From positions 1-63,610 of the forward strand of contig JAJZRP010000005.1 in NCBI GenBank assembly GCA_021802655.1: 63,610 bases of DNA. Reading direction: 5' to 3'. A model generated the notes under the pieces. It searched no databases and was not told where the DNA came from. It was given only the letters and a program-made list of their open reading frames with translations. The stretch's first letter is position 1, and every line of letters begins with the position of its first letter. Shown here piece after piece: positions 1-16,619 of this stretch. Position numbers and translations under genes: made by a program. This stretch comes from Pseudomonadota bacterium. Its GTDB lineage: Bacteria; Pseudomonadota; Gammaproteobacteria; Burkholderiales; JABEVD01.

Positions 1-262
1 AGGGCACTTCTGCTGCGCCTGCCGTTTTTTCGACGAACGCGAGGCAGTTCCTGGCATAGTTCTCGGCGCTTTTTTCGAACTGTTCCACCGTCAGGGGATC
101 GATGTATCCCATGCCTTCCGTGGCGAGGACCGGAGAATATTCCTGACGCACATACAATCCGGACACCTGAGCGCCGACCGATTTCGCGAATTCGATGGCT
201 TTCTTTACTGCATTTTCGGACAACTCGGAGCCGTCTGTGGGCAACAGGATATGTTTGAACAT
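1..262 (-). CDS. Universal stress protein (UspA family), 5' part only; runs off the window start
   Basis: Manual translation from ATG at 262: MFKHILLPTDGSELSENAVKKAIEFAKSVGA, a typical Usp N-terminus. Not in the ORF track because it is truncated. Confidence 0.85.
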   Translation of the reverse strand, partial: MFKHILLPTDGSELSENAVKKAIEFAKSVGAQVSGLYVRQEYSPVLATEGMGYIDPLTVEQFEKSAENYARNCLAFVEKTAGAAEVP

Positions 263-315
263 GATTTTGCCTTTCCGTTAGATCGAGTAAAGCAGAGAAG
301 CCGGTTCATGTAAAG

Positions 316-1215
316 CTAGGCCCCTGGAAGCTGCTCCCGTTTCAGGAGGAAGACATGGCCCGATCCGCCTTGCGTGTCCAGCCAGGTGAATTCGATATCC
401 GGAAAGGCTGCTTCGAGCGCTTCGCGGTTATGCCCGATTTCGACCACGAGAAGCCCGTTTCGATCGAGGTGGGGGGCGCTCCCCAAAATGATTCTTCTCG
501 CAGCATCCAGACCGTCATCGCCTGAAGCGAGCGCGATGTCCGGCTCGTGCAGATATTCGGGGGGCAATGCAGACATCGAGGCTGCATTGACATAAGGGGG
601 ATTGCTGATAATGAGATCGAAGGATTTTCCGGAAAGGGAATCGAACAGGTCGGATCGGACAAGATTGATTCTGTCTTCCAGCCGGTAGCTGGCGACATTG
701 CACTCTGCAACTGCGAGCGCATCCCCGGAGATGTCTGCGGCATCGATGATCGCTTCAGGAAAGGCATGTGCCATCAGGATTGCGAGGCATCCCGAGCCAG
801 TGCACAGGTCGAGCGCTCTTGCGACCTCTTCAGGCGCATCGACCCAGGGATAAAGCTGCTCCAGAACGAGTTCGGCGATGAAGGAGCGCGGGATGATCAC
901 GCGCTCGTCGACATAGAAGCTGAAATCGCCGAGCCAGGCTTCATGGGTAAGATAGGCGACCGGGATTTTCTCGCTGACGCGCCGTTCGATCAGGCTCAGG
1001 ATCATCTCTCGCTCCTGCGGAAGGAGTTTCGCATCCAGAAAGGGATCGAGCTTGTCGTGCGGCAGATGGAGCGCCGAAAGAAGGAGATAGGCCGCTTCAT
1101 CGAAGGCATTCGTGCAGCCATGTCCATAGGTGAGTTCGGCACGGTTGAAGCGGCTGACCGCATAGCGCAGGAAATCCCTGAGGGTGAGGAGGCAGGTTTT
1201 TACTTCTTCGTACAT
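316..1215 (-). CDS. prmB: 50S ribosomal protein L3 N5-glutamine methyltransferase
   Basis: LDLCTGSGC SAM motif, SNPPY motif, N-terminal YGHGCTNAFDEA; follows dapE. Confidence 0.95.
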   Translation of the reverse strand: MYEEVKTCLLTLRDFLRYAVSRFNRAELTYGHGCTNAFDEAAYLLLSALHLPHDKLDPFLDAKLLPQEREMILSLIERRVSEKIPVAYLTHEAWLGDFSFYVDERVIIPRSFIAELVLEQLYPWVDAPEEVARALDLCTGSGCLAILMAHAFPEAIIDAADISGDALAVAECNVASYRLEDRINLVRSDLFDSLSGKSFDLIISNPPYVNAASMSALPPEYLHEPDIALASGDDGLDAARRIILGSAPHLDRNGLLVVEIGHNREALEAAFPDIEFTWLDTQGGSGHVFLLKREQLPGA

Positions 1216-1216
1216 G

Positions 1217-2687
<1,471 letters not shown>

Positions 2688-2691
<4 letters not shown>

Positions 2692-3830
2692 GATTTGCTT
2701 TCCGAGTTGTCGATTTTGAAATTCCTGAACGAACCCGTCCTGATCGCCTCGGGGGTTTCGCTGCCTTCTGCATGTTCGGCATATTCGATGAGCGAAGAGA
2801 GATTGCTGGGGGAATCCGAGTGAACCATGGCTTCTTCATAGCTGATCTGGCCGGATTTGTAGAGTTTGTAGAGCGACTGCTCGAAAGTCTGGCAGCCCGA
2901 AGCGAGGCTGTGGTCCATCGCCTCCTTGATCTGGTCGAGTTCGCCGTGCCTGATGAGCTCGGCGATATGCTTGGTATTGGGCAGGATTTCGACTGCGGGC
3001 ACGAGCTTTCCACTGGTTCCGGGAACGAGCCTCTGGGAGATGATGCACTTCAGGCTGGAGGAGAGATCGGAAAGCAGGCTCGCTCTCGCTTCGTAAGGAA
3101 AGAAGGTGACGATCCGGTTTAGCGCATGATAGCTGTTGTTGGCATGCAAGGTGGAAAGACACAAGTGGCCAGCCTGGGAGAAAAGCAGCATGTGCCTGAG
3201 CGATTCCTGATCGACGATTTCGCCCAGCATCACGACATCCGGCGCTTCGCGCATCGCATTGACGAGGGCAGCAGAATAGGATCGGGTGTCGGTACCGATT
3301 TCGCGCTGATTGATGATGGATTTTTTGTGGGTGAAGCGGTATTCGATCGGATCCTCGATCGTCAGGACATGCCCCGTCGCGATCTGGTTACGGTAATCGA
3401 TCATCGATGCGAGCGTCGTCGATTTGCCCTGTCCTGCCGCACCCACCACCAGAACCAGGCCGCGTTTGGCCATGATCAACTCCTTGAGGACGGGAGGGAG
3501 CATGAGCGAATCGAGGTCCTGAATATGTTCCCTGATATAGCGGATCACCATGGCCGGACTGCCCTGCTGGAAGAACACATTGACCCTGTAGGTTCCGATT
3601 TCCGGCTGGTTGAAGGCGAAACTGATTTCCCACTCCGATTCGAAATCGCGAATCTGCTGTTCGCTCATCAGGCCATAGGCGAGTTCCCTGATTTTGGCCG
3701 AATCCAGCACCTGATTGTTGACGGGGCGAGTGATTCCATTGATTTTGATGTGGATCGGCGCCCCCGGCGAAAAATACAGATCGGATGCCTGTTTTTCCGC
3801 CATCAATTTGAAAAGGGGGGGCAATGCCAT
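2688..3830 (-). CDS. pilU: PilT/PilU family type IV pilus ATPase (PilU-like)
   Basis: ASDLY, Walker A GAAGQGKSTT, TIEDPIEY, QREIG, STLHANN. Confidence 0.85.
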
Positions 3831-3850
3831 GATGTTTTCCTCTGGATGGA

Positions 3851-4672
3851 TCAGATGCCCCTCAGAAGCTCGTTGATGCTCGTCTTGGCGCGCGTCTTCG
3901 CATCGACCTGCTTGACGATCACCGCGCAGTAGAGGCTGTATTTGCCGTCCTTAGAGGGAAGGCTTCCCGATACCACCACGGCGCCTGCCGGGATGCGCCC
4001 ATAGCTGACTTCCCCGGTTTCCCTGTTGTAGATTTTGGTGCTTTGTCCGATGTAGACGCCCATCGAGATGACTGCGCCTTCGCCCACGATCACGCCTTCC
4101 ACGATCTCGGATCTGGCACCGATGAAGCAGTTGTCCTCGATGATGGTCGGGTTGGCCTGGACGGGTTCCAGCACTCCGCCTATGCCCACGCCGCCCGAAA
4201 GATGCACATTCTTTCCGATCTGCGCGCAGGAGCCTACGGTCGCCCAGGTGTCGACCATGGTGCCTTCGTCGACATAGGCGCCGATGTTCACATAGGAAGG
4301 CATCAGCACCGCGTTTTTCGCGATGTGGGAACCCTTGCGTACGGCTGCCGGCGGAACCACGCGGAAACCGCCGTCGCGGAAATCCCTGGAATTATAATCG
4401 GCGAATTTGGAAGGAACCTTGTCGTAGTAATTGGTATAGCCGCCCTTGATGAAGCTGTTGTCCTCGATCCGGAAAGAAAGCAGCACTGCCTTCTTGAGCC
4501 ATTGATGGGTCACCCAGTCGCCTCCGATCTTTTCGGCCACCCTGAGCTTGCCCGTGTCGAGCAGATGCAGGGTTTCCTGGATCGCCTCTTTCAGCTTGGG
4601 GTCGACATTGCGCGGGGTAATGTCGGCGCGGATTTCGAAAGCTTCGTCAATGAGGGGCTGAAGTTCATGCAT
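3851..4672 (-). CDS. dapD: Tetrahydrodipicolinate N-succinyltransferase
   Basis: [38 protein letters not shown]. Confidence 0.98.
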   Translation of the reverse strand: MHELQPLIDEAFEIRADITPRNVDPKLKEAIQETLHLLDTGKLRVAEKIGGDWVTHQWLKKAVLLSFRIEDNSFIKGGYTNYYDKVPSKFADYNSRDFRDGGFRVVPPAAVRKGSHIAKNAVLMPSYVNIGAYVDEGTMVDTWATVGSCAQIGKNVHLSGGVGIGGVLEPVQANPTIIEDNCFIGARSEIVEGVIVGEGAVISMGVYIGQSTKIYNRETGEVSYGRIPAGAVVVSGSLPSKDGKYSLYCAVIVKQVDAKTRAKTSINELLRGI

Positions 4673-4684
4673 TGTTGTTGATCC

Positions 4685-5884
4685 TTAAGGTTGGTCGCCC
4701 AATGTGGCGCACAGTTTTCTGATTCGATCTGCCGCCGCCACGCACTCTGCAAGCGGCGCGACCAGGGCGATGCGAACGAACCCGCCGCCCGGATTGAGTC
4801 CACCGGATTCCCTGGCGAGGTAGCTTCCTGGCAGAACCAGAACATTATAATCCCGATAGAGCAGACGTGCGAATTCGGTGTCGTCGATCGGGGTTCTTGC
4901 CCAGAGATAGAAGCCTGCATCCGGCATTTCGGTCTGCAGGGCGTTTTTCAGCAGGGGAACGACGGCTGCGAATTTCTCCCGGTATAAAATCCGGTTCTGC
5001 AGCACATGCGCCTCGTCCTGCCATGCGGCCATGCTTGCCGACTGCACGGCAGGGTTCATGGCGCAGCCGTGATAGGTGCGATAGAGCAGGAATTTTTGCA
5101 AGATGGCAGCGTCTCCTGCAACGAACCCGGAGCGCATTCCGGGAACGTTGGAGCGCTTGGAAAGGCTGCTGAAGACGACGAGATTCCTGAAGTCGCTTCT
5201 TCCCAGTTTTCTTGCTGCTTCCAGGGCACCAAGCGGGGGGTGCGCTTCATCGAAGTAGATTTCGGAATAGCATTCGTCGGATGCGATGATGAAGCCGTAT
5301 CGGTCCGAGAGCGCGAAAACCGCTTCCCATTCAGCGATGCTCATGACGCGGCCGGTTGGATTGCCGGGCGAGCAAAGATAAAGCAACTGGGTATTGCCCC
5401 AGGTTGATTCGGAAAGCTGCGAAAAATCCGGTGCGAAGCCGTTTTCGGGCAGGGTGTTGAGAAAATGCGGCGTTGCGCCCGCCAGCAGGGCTGCGCCTTC
5501 GTAAATCTGGTAGAAGGGGTTCGGGCAGACCACCGCTGCGGGCTTGTGCGGGTCGACGACGGCCTGGGCAAATGCGAACAGGGCTTCCCGGCTGCCGTTG
5601 ACAGGCAGAACCTGGGTTTTTGCATCCAGCGTCGCATGGTAGCGTCGGTGCAGCCATTTTGCGATACATTCCCTCAGCGCATCGCCGCCCTGGGTTGTGG
5701 GATAATGGGAAAGGCCGCCGAGATTCCGTGCGAGGGCATGGCAGATGAAGGGGGGCGTTTCATGTTTCGGTTCACCGATGGAGAGCTTGATCGGGGAATA
5801 ATCCGGATTGGGTTCGGCCCCCTGGCAAAGCGAAGCCAGGCGCTGAAAGGGATAGGGTTGCAATCGCTCTAGGTCGGGATTCAT
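4685..5884 (-). CDS. dapC: Succinyldiaminopimelate aminotransferase
   Basis: LQPYPF, PNPFYQIYEGA, PLP lysine in SLSKRSN; upstream of dapD. Confidence 0.95.
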   Translation of the reverse strand: MNPDLERLQPYPFQRLASLCQGAEPNPDYSPIKLSIGEPKHETPPFICHALARNLGGLSHYPTTQGGDALRECIAKWLHRRYHATLDAKTQVLPVNGSREALFAFAQAVVDPHKPAAVVCPNPFYQIYEGAALLAGATPHFLNTLPENGFAPDFSQLSESTWGNTQLLYLCSPGNPTGRVMSIAEWEAVFALSDRYGFIIASDECYSEIYFDEAHPPLGALEAARKLGRSDFRNLVVFSSLSKRSNVPGMRSGFVAGDAAILQKFLLYRTYHGCAMNPAVQSASMAAWQDEAHVLQNRILYREKFAAVVPLLKNALQTEMPDAGFYLWARTPIDDTEFARLLYRDYNVLVLPGSYLARESGGLNPGGGFVRIALVAPLAECVAAADRIRKLCATLGDQP

Positions 5885-5926
5885 GCAGGCCTGTACTCGA
5901 AATTCTTGATTATAATGTTTCAGGGC

Positions 5927-6784
5927 ATGTTATCCAAACAAATTCCTGCAATTTCCCTGCTCGCGGGGGCCACGGTATGGGGCCTTTTCTGGTATCCCTA
6001 CCGCGTTCTCGCATTGTTCGGGATGTCCGGCTGGATTTCGCTCACCCTGAGCTATGGCGCGGCGCTCTTTTTCGGGTTGATCTTTTTCCGAAACGGCATC
6101 CTGTCGTCCGGATTTTCCTGGATGCTGGTGTGGATAGGCCTGTCTGCCGGGCTGTGCAATATCGGCTATGTGCTGGCGATGCTCGATGGCGAGGTGATGC
6201 GGGTTCTGCTCCTGTTTTATCTCGCCCCGTTCTGGACCGTCCTGCTTGCCAGGCTTCTTCTCGGGGAGCGCCTCACCGCAAGAGGATACCTCGTGATTTT
6301 CTGTTCCGTGGCCGGCGCCGTGGTAATGCTCTGGAGCCCCGGGCGCGGCAGCATTTTCCCGAAAAACGATGCCGAATGGCTGGGACTCGGCTCAGGATTC
6401 CTGTTCGCCCTGTCCAACGTCCTGGCAAAGCTCGGCCGGGGCTGCAGCATCGAGGCGAGATCGGCCAGCGTATCGGCGGGCGTGGTGGTTGCGGGATTGG
6501 TATTCGAATTGTTCCAGCCGTCCGGCTGGTCGGGATTTTCCCTCGATGCGCTGATGCTCCTTGCGATCATGGGCATGGTCATCCTTGCCGTCAACATGGT
6601 GATGCAATACGGCCTGACCCATACTCCAGCGAACCGCGCCATCGTCATCCTGCTTTTCGAACTGGTCGTCGCAGCGATTTCTTCCTATTTCCTGGCGGGG
6701 GAGGCAATGCGCTCCCAGGAATGGATAGGGGGCGGAATGATCGTTGCGGCCAGCCTGCTTTCGGGAAAAATGGAAGAGGATTAG
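5927..6784 (+). CDS. DMT/EamA family transporter
   Basis: About 10 hydrophobic segments, LLFYLAP..LLGE pattern. Start placed at ATG 5927 because TATAAT lies at 5911-5916; the ORF track begins at 5906. Confidence 0.85.
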   Translation: MLSKQIPAISLLAGATVWGLFWYPYRVLALFGMSGWISLTLSYGAALFFGLIFFRNGILSSGFSWMLVWIGLSAGLCNIGYVLAMLDGEVMRVLLLFYLAPFWTVLLARLLLGERLTARGYLVIFCSVAGAVVMLWSPGRGSIFPKNDAEWLGLGSGFLFALSNVLAKLGRGCSIEARSASVSAGVVVAGLVFELFQPSGWSGFSLDALMLLAIMGMVILAVNMVMQYGLTHTPANRAIVILLFELVVAAISSYFLAGEAMRSQEWIGGGMIVAASLLSGKMEED

Positions 6785-7179
6785 CGTGTATTCGATTGTG
6801 CTTCGAACTGGCTGAGCGCGATCAGGGGTCTGGGTTGCCAGCCCTGCTTGCTGTGTTCTGCCACGACGTTTGTGAAAATGCCGCCGCGGACGTAGAATTT
6901 CGCAGTCAGGCGCATGAACCTTGGGCGGGTTGCCGCAAGCAGGTCGTTCAGGATCTGGTTGGTGACCGCTTCATGGAAAGCGCCCTTGTTGCGGTATGAG
7001 ACGACATACAATTTGAGACTTTTGAGTTCGACACAGAGTTCGTCGGGGATATAATCCAGATGGAGTGTCGCGAAATCGGGTTGCGAGGTTTTCGGACAGA
7101 GGCAGGTAAACTCGGGAATCTCCATGTGGATGTGGTAATCGCGCTCCGGATTCGGATTGGGGAAAGTTTCGAGAATCAT
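6781..7179 (-). CDS. queF: NADPH-dependent 7-cyano-7-deazaguanine reductase (short QueF)
   Basis: [31 protein letters not shown]; likely start at ATG 7179 (ORF extends to 7212). Confidence 0.95.
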   Translation of the reverse strand: MILETFPNPNPERDYHIHMEIPEFTCLCPKTSQPDFATLHLDYIPDELCVELKSLKLYVVSYRNKGAFHEAVTNQILNDLLAATRPRFMRLTAKFYVRGGIFTNVVAEHSKQGWQPRPLIALSQFEAQSNTR

Positions 7180-7238
7180 GCTGACGCCTTTCGATAAGCT
7201 GAATAACCGCATTATAACGTTTTACCTTACGGATTAAA

Positions 7239-10200
7239 TTGCGACTTTCTCAGATCAAGCTGGCAGGCTTCAAGTCCTTCGCCGATCCGACCCATATCCA
7301 TGCGCCCGGGCAGATCGTCGGCATCGTCGGCCCCAACGGTTGCGGCAAGTCCAACATCATCGATGCACTGCGCTGGGTTCTGGGCGAATCCAGGGCTTCC
7401 GCGCTGCGCGGAAAATCCATGCAGGACGTGATTTTCAACGGCTCCGGGAACAGGAAGCCGGTTGCGCGCGCAAGCGTGGAACTGGTTTTCGACAACAGCC
7501 AGGGCAGGGTTGCCGGGCAATGGTCGAACTATGCGGAAATTGCCGTGAAGCGCGTCCTGCAGCGCGATGCGGAATCGAGCTATTTCATCAACAATCTCCG
7601 CGTCAGGCGCAAGGACGTCTCGGATATTTTCCTGGGAACTGGGGTGGGGGGGCACGCCTATGCCATCATCGAACAGGGCATGATTTCCAGAATCATCGAA
7701 GCCGATCCGGCAGACTTGAAGGTTTTTCTCGAAGAAGCGGCGGGAATTTCCAAATACCGGGAAAGAAGGCGCGAAACCGAGCTTCGCCTCTCCGCAACCC
7801 GGGGGAACCTGCAGCGAGTCGAGGATATTACCAGGGAACTGCGCGAGCGCATCGAACACCTGGAAGATCAGGCGCGCGTTGCAAAAATTTACCATGAATT
7901 GCAGGCATCCCTGAAAACGGCCCAGAACCTGCTGTGGCTGAGGCGGAAAACCAAAGCACGGGAGCTTCGCCGAAAGCTCGTCGAGGAAGCATCCAGGCTG
8001 GAGACTGCCATGGAAGCTGAAACTGCGAATCTCAGGCATCTCGAAAACCGGTTGGTCCTGGCTCGCGAGGAGCATGACTCGACGGCGCAGAGGCTTCAGG
8101 ATGCGCAGGGCGCAATGTATCAGGCCAATGCCGAAGTTTCCAGGCTGCAGCAGCAGATCGACCATCTCAAGAGCAATCGCTTGAGGGCTGAAGCGCGTAT
8201 CGAGTCGGGAAGAAAGGAACTCGATGCGCTCGAGTTGCAACATGCCGAAGCTCTGGATAACAGGCGGCAATGGCAGCAGGATGCCGCCGAGGCAAGGCGG
8301 CAAAGCGAGGCCTGTCTGCTGGAAGTGGAAAAGCTGAAGACGGCGTGCTCGGATGCCGACGAGCGGGTGAAGGAGGCGGAAAGGCTTTTCGAGGAAGCGC
8401 GACTTGCGCTCTCGGCAGGCGAGCATCAGGAGAAAATCGAGCAGGCGCATTGGGGGCATTGTGAAAACACCCTGAATCAGCTTGCCAAAAAGCGCGAAAA
8501 GCTCGCTGAAGCGAAGCGTTTTCTTCCCGTGGCTGAGGAGGAAAGGCTTGCCATGCTCGAAGGAGATCTGGCAGCCATGGAAGCCGGAATGGCGCTTGAA
8601 GCGGGCGCATCCAGCGAACTCGCGCAGCGCCTCGAGACCGCTCGGGCTGCGAGGCAGGATGCTTTTCTGCACTTGCAGGAAAACGAAAGCAATATCGCCG
8701 AAATCCGTGCCCGCCTTGCTGCACTTCGCGAAATCCAGGAGGGACTTGAAAAACGGTCCGATCTGGGCGCATGGCTTGCCGAAAACGGGCTCGATCGTCT
8801 GCCCCGTCTCTGGTCGAAGGTCGGAATTTCGGCGGGATGGGAAAACGCGCTGGAATCCGTGCTGCGCGAACGCGTCAATGCCATCCTGGCAGAGCCTTGT
8901 CAGGGTGAAAATCCACCGGGAGAAGTGGTGTTCGTCCAAAGCGGATCGTTTTCTCCCAGGTCTTCCGGAAACCCATCGCTTGTTCCCCTGCTGGGCTTGA
9001 TTACCCTGAGCGAAGAGGAAGTCGGCGGCGCCCTTTGCGAGTGGCTTTCCTCCGCCTACATCGCGCAGGATCTGGAACAGGCAATGACATTGCGTCCGAT
9101 GCTGGGGGCTTCCGAATTGCTGGTGACCCCGGAAGGGCATATCGTCACAAGACACAGCGTTCACTATTATGGCGCCGATTCCAGGGTTCACGGGGTGCTG
9201 ATTCGGCAGCAGGAAATCGAACGCCTGCTTGCGGCGGAAAACGATGCGGCTTTACTACTCGAAGCATCGAGGAAGCTTCATCAGGCTCGCGAGGAGGAAG
9301 CGGCCGGGCTGGAGTCGGCTTTAAAGGAGAAGTCGGTTTTGCTCTACCGGATGGAGAAGGAGAGGCATGAGTTGCAACTGCAGCGCGTCAGGGTCTCTGA
9401 GTCGAACGGGCGGATTCGTGAACAGTCGGCGCGCATCATTGCGGAAATGGACGAAATCGAGGGTCAGTTCAGATCGGAATCGGAGAAAAAGCTCGAGCTC
9501 GGCAAAAGAATCGAGGCGCTGCGAGAAGAAATCATCCTATTTCGCGAGCGTCTGAGCAAAGCCAGGCATGAACTGGATCAAATGAAAAGCCTGTTCGATG
9601 AAAAAAACAGGCTGATGCAGCAGGCAGTCGGAAAAAACCGTGAAGCGGAATTCCATGAAAAATCCTGCACCATGAAACTCGATGAGTTGGAGCGCAGGAT
9701 TGAATTGTTGTCGCGGAACATGGCGCAGGGAAGAGCATCACTGGATGCGCTTGGAGAGGAAATTTCGGCTCATGACCCGGCTTCTCTCGATCTTCATCTG
9801 CAGCAGGCACTCGTCACTCGGCAGGAGAAGGAAGAGGCGCTCCTTGCCGTGCGCAAGGCGAGCGAGGAATTATCTTCCTGGCTAAAAGAGCTTGACGGGC
9901 TGCGACAGGGGTCTGAACTGAAATTGGGCCCGTTGAGGGAGAAGATCGGCGATATCCGCCTCAGGGAACAGGAAGCCAGAATCAGCGAAGAGCAGTTTGA
10001 TGCGTCCTTGAAAGCTGCCGGGGCGATGGAAGAAGAACTTGTCGGTATGCTCGAAAAGGCGCCCGATAGCGAACAGCTTCAGGCCGAAATTTCGAAATTG
10101 AACGGAAGAATCGAAAGCCTTGGGGCGGTCAATCTGGCTGCTTTCGAGGAGTTGCAGACTGCGCAGGAAAGAAAGGGTTATATAGATTCTCAGGTATTGG

Positions 10201-10733
10201 ACTTGAGCGAAGCGGTCGAGACGCTGGAAAACGCCATCCGCAGGATAGATCGCGAAACCAGGGAGCGCCTGATGGCGACTTTCGATGAGGTCAACAGAAA
10301 TTTCAGCGAGCTTTTTCACCAGTTGTTCGGGGGAGGACAGGCAAGGCTGGTTTTGACCGGGGATCAGATCATCGACAGCGGGATGGAGATCGTGGCGCAG
10401 CCTCCTGGCAAGAAAAATGCTTCGATACGCCTTCTCTCGGGAGGGGAAAAGGCGCTGACTGCGATTTCTCTGGTATTCTCCCTGTTCAAACTGAATCCTG
10501 CGCCCTTCTGCCTGCTGGATGAAGTGGATGCGCCCCTGGACGACAGCAATACCGGGCGATTTTGTGATATGGTCAGGAAAATGGCCGAACACACCCAGTT
10601 TTTGTTCATCAGCCACAACAAAATCACCATGGAAATGGCGCATCAGCTCATCGGCGTGACGATGCAGGAGCAGGGCGTTTCACGCATCGTGGCAGTGGAT
10701 GTCGAGGCTGCTTCGAGAAAGGCGGCGGTATAA
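7239..10733 (+). CDS. smc: Chromosome segregation protein SMC
   Basis: GFKSF, Walker A GPNGCGKSN, long coiled coils with hinge, LSGGEK, LDEVDAPLD; TTG start. Confidence 0.97.
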   Translation: MRLSQIKLAGFKSFADPTHIHAPGQIVGIVGPNGCGKSNIIDALRWVLGESRASALRGKSMQDVIFNGSGNRKPVARASVELVFDNSQGRVAGQWSNYAEIAVKRVLQRDAESSYFINNLRVRRKDVSDIFLGTGVGGHAYAIIEQGMISRIIEADPADLKVFLEEAAGISKYRERRRETELRLSATRGNLQRVEDITRELRERIEHLEDQARVAKIYHELQASLKTAQNLLWLRRKTKARELRRKLVEEASRLETAMEAETANLRHLENRLVLAREEHDSTAQRLQDAQGAMYQANAEVSRLQQQIDHLKSNRLRAEARIESGRKELDALELQHAEALDNRRQWQQDAAEARRQSEACLLEVEKLKTACSDADERVKEAERLFEEARLALSAGEHQEKIEQAHWGHCENTLNQLAKKREKLAEAKRFLPVAEEERLAMLEGDLAAMEAGMALEAGASSELAQRLETARAARQDAFLHLQENESNIAEIRARLAALREIQEGLEKRSDLGAWLAENGLDRLPRLWSKVGISAGWENALESVLRERVNAILAEPCQGENPPGEVVFVQSGSFSPRSSGNPSLVPLLGLITLSEEEVGGALCEWLSSAYIAQDLEQAMTLRPMLGASELLVTPEGHIVTRHSVHYYGADSRVHGVLIRQQEIERLLAAENDAALLLEASRKLHQAREEEAAGLESALKEKSVLLYRMEKERHELQLQRVRVSESNGRIREQSARIIAEMDEIEGQFRSESEKKLELGKRIEALREEIILFRERLSKARHELDQMKSLFDEKNRLMQQAVGKNREAEFHEKSCTMKLDELERRIELLSRNMAQGRASLDALGEEISAHDPASLDLHLQQALVTRQEKEEALLAVRKASEELSSWLKELDGLRQGSELKLGPLREKIGDIRLREQEARISEEQFDASLKAAGAMEEELVGMLEKAPDSEQLQAEISKLNGRIESLGAVNLAAFEELQTAQERKGYIDSQVLDLSEAVETLENAIRRIDRETRERLMATFDEVNRNFSELFHQLFGGGQARLVLTGDQIIDSGMEIVAQPPGKKNASIRLLSGGEKALTAISLVFSLFKLNPAPFCLLDEVDAPLDDSNTGRFCDMVRKMAEHTQFLFISHNKITMEMAHQLIGVTMQEQGVSRIVAVDVEAASRKAAV

Positions 10734-10776
10734 TGGCAGAAAAATTGCTGGCAGGGCCGGCGTTCATGAGGTGGAT

Positions 10777-14800
<4,024 letters not shown>

Positions 14801-14801
14801 A

Positions 14802-15350
14802 ATGTTGAGCGCGAGGGAAGCTCGGGATATTTATGTTCATGCGGAACAACTCTATTCTGCGGAGGAGGTGACTGCTGCCGTGAAGCGGCTTGCAGATGAA
14901 ATCACCGATGCCCTCTCGGAAATGCACCCCCTCGTGCTGAGCGTGATGGGGGGCGCCGTCGTGTTCACGGGCCAGCTGTTGCCCATGCTGAATTTTCCGC
15001 TGGATTTCGATTACATCCATGTCAGCCGCTACGGGAACAAAACAAGAGGAGGCGATCTGGACTGGCGGGTGGCGCCTCGCGAAAATGCGCGTGGCAGGGT
15101 CGTGCTGGTCCTCGACGACATTCTTGACGAAGGCGAAACCATGTTGGGAGTGAAGGAGAGAGTCATGACTGAAGGGGCGGCAGGTTTTTACAGCGCAGTG
15201 TTTTGCGACAAGCAAATTAAAAAGGCAAAGCCGATCAGGGCTGATTTCGTGGGACTGTCACTGCCCGACAGATATGTCTTCGGGTTCGGCATGGACGTAC
15301 ACGGCGCATGGCGGAACCTGCCGGCGATTTATGCCATGAGGGAAGGATAA
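14802..15350 (+). CDS. hpt: Hypoxanthine-guanine phosphoribosyltransferase
   Basis: PRPP motif VLVLDDILDEGET, YVFGFGMD, WRNLP; start at ATG 14802. Confidence 0.92.
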   Translation: MLSAREARDIYVHAEQLYSAEEVTAAVKRLADEITDALSEMHPLVLSVMGGAVVFTGQLLPMLNFPLDFDYIHVSRYGNKTRGGDLDWRVAPRENARGRVVLVLDDILDEGETMLGVKERVMTEGAAGFYSAVFCDKQIKKAKPIRADFVGLSLPDRYVFGFGMDVHGAWRNLPAIYAMREG

Positions 15351-15352
15351 AC

Positions 15353-16099
15353 ATGCTGGCGATAATCGGAGGCTCGGGCCTGACAGGAATCGGGAATATG
15401 GAGGTGACCAGGCGCCTCGTCATGCGCACGCCTTACGGAGAACCCTCGGGCGCGCTGACATTCGGGAAAATCAGAGGGCATGAAGTCATTTTCCTGGCGC
15501 GCCATGGCTATGCGCATACGATACCGCCGCATGATGTGAATTATCGCGCCAACATCTGGGCGCTCAGTTCCCAGAATGCAAGCCATGTGGTTTCGATTGC
15601 ATCCGTGGGAGGCATCCGCAGCGATCTCGCTCCCGGTTCACTGGTCATTCCCGATCAGATCATCGATTATACGCATGGACGCCAATCGACTTTTTTCGAT
15701 ACGCGCGAAAAGCCGGTTACCCATACCGATTTCACGGAACCCTATTGCGAGGAATTGAGACAGAAATGCATCAGGGCAGCTGCGCTTTGCGGCAAAGAAG
15801 TGCTCAATGGCGGGATTTACGCGGCGACGCAGGGACCGAGGCTGGAATCCGCTGCGGAAATCAACAGGCTGGAGCGCGACGGTGCGGATATGGTCGGCAT
15901 GACAGGCATGCCCGAGGCGATTCTCGCAAAGGAGGCAGGCCTGTGCTATGCGGCGATAGCCGTGGTTGCCAATTATGCGGCAGGCAGGGGGAGTAGCCTG
16001 CATGCGGTGAAGCTCGAAGACGTCAATGCCGTGCTGAAGGTGTCCATGGAGCGGGTACGGGATATACTGGAAAACCTGGCGGAAATTCATGGCGATTGA
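15353..16099 (+). CDS. S-methyl-5'-thioinosine/thioadenosine phosphorylase (MTAP family)
   Basis: [33 protein letters not shown]; start at ATG 15353. Confidence 0.92.
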   Translation: MLAIIGGSGLTGIGNMEVTRRLVMRTPYGEPSGALTFGKIRGHEVIFLARHGYAHTIPPHDVNYRANIWALSSQNASHVVSIASVGGIRSDLAPGSLVIPDQIIDYTHGRQSTFFDTREKPVTHTDFTEPYCEELRQKCIRAAALCGKEVLNGGIYAATQGPRLESAAEINRLERDGADMVGMTGMPEAILAKEAGLCYAAIAVVANYAAGRGSSLHAVKLEDVNAVLKVSMERVRDILENLAEIHGD

Positions 16100-16619
16100 C
16101 GTGCTGAAAATGGGGGATGCTCGCCTCTTGAATCAGGCGGATCCCGTGACCGAGTTCGATACTCCGGAACTGCACGAGCTCGTATCCGGCATGATCGATA
16201 CCATGCGCACCTTGAATGGGGCGGGACTCGCTGCACCCCAGATCGGGGTGGGATTGCAGATCGTTCTATTCGAGGTTGTCGAGAATCCGCGCTACCCGGA
16301 TGTGGAAGGCATCCCGCTCACCGTATTGATCAACCCCGTCCTTGAGCCGATAGGGGATGAAATGAAAGAGGGCTGGGAGGGGTGTTTGAGCATCCCGGGA
16401 ATGCGGGGGCTTGTACCAAGATTCACGAAGCTCAGGTACAGCGGATTCGATGCTCATGGCAAGACGATCGACAGGGAGGTCGGCGGATTTCATGCAAGAG
16501 TGGTGCAGCACGAGTGCGACCATCTTCAGGGGATCCTCTATCCGATGAGAATCCGGGATTTGCGTAATTTCGGATTCAGCAGCGTACTGTTTCCCGGGAA
16601 GCCCTGCCCGGAAGAGTAG
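16089..16619 (+). CDS. def: Peptide deformylase
   Basis: [22 protein letters not shown]. Confidence 0.96.
   Translation: MAIDVLKMGDARLLNQADPVTEFDTPELHELVSGMIDTMRTLNGAGLAAPQIGVGLQIVLFEVVENPRYPDVEGIPLTVLINPVLEPIGDEMKEGWEGCLSIPGMRGLVPRFTKLRYSGFDAHGKTIDREVGGFHARVVQHECDHLQGILYPMRIRDLRNFGFSSVLFPGKPCPEE

Noticed and set aside
7227-9191. 654-aa minus-strand ORF
   Set aside because: Antisense shadow of smc with no motifs; long shadow ORFs are common in GC-rich coding DNA.
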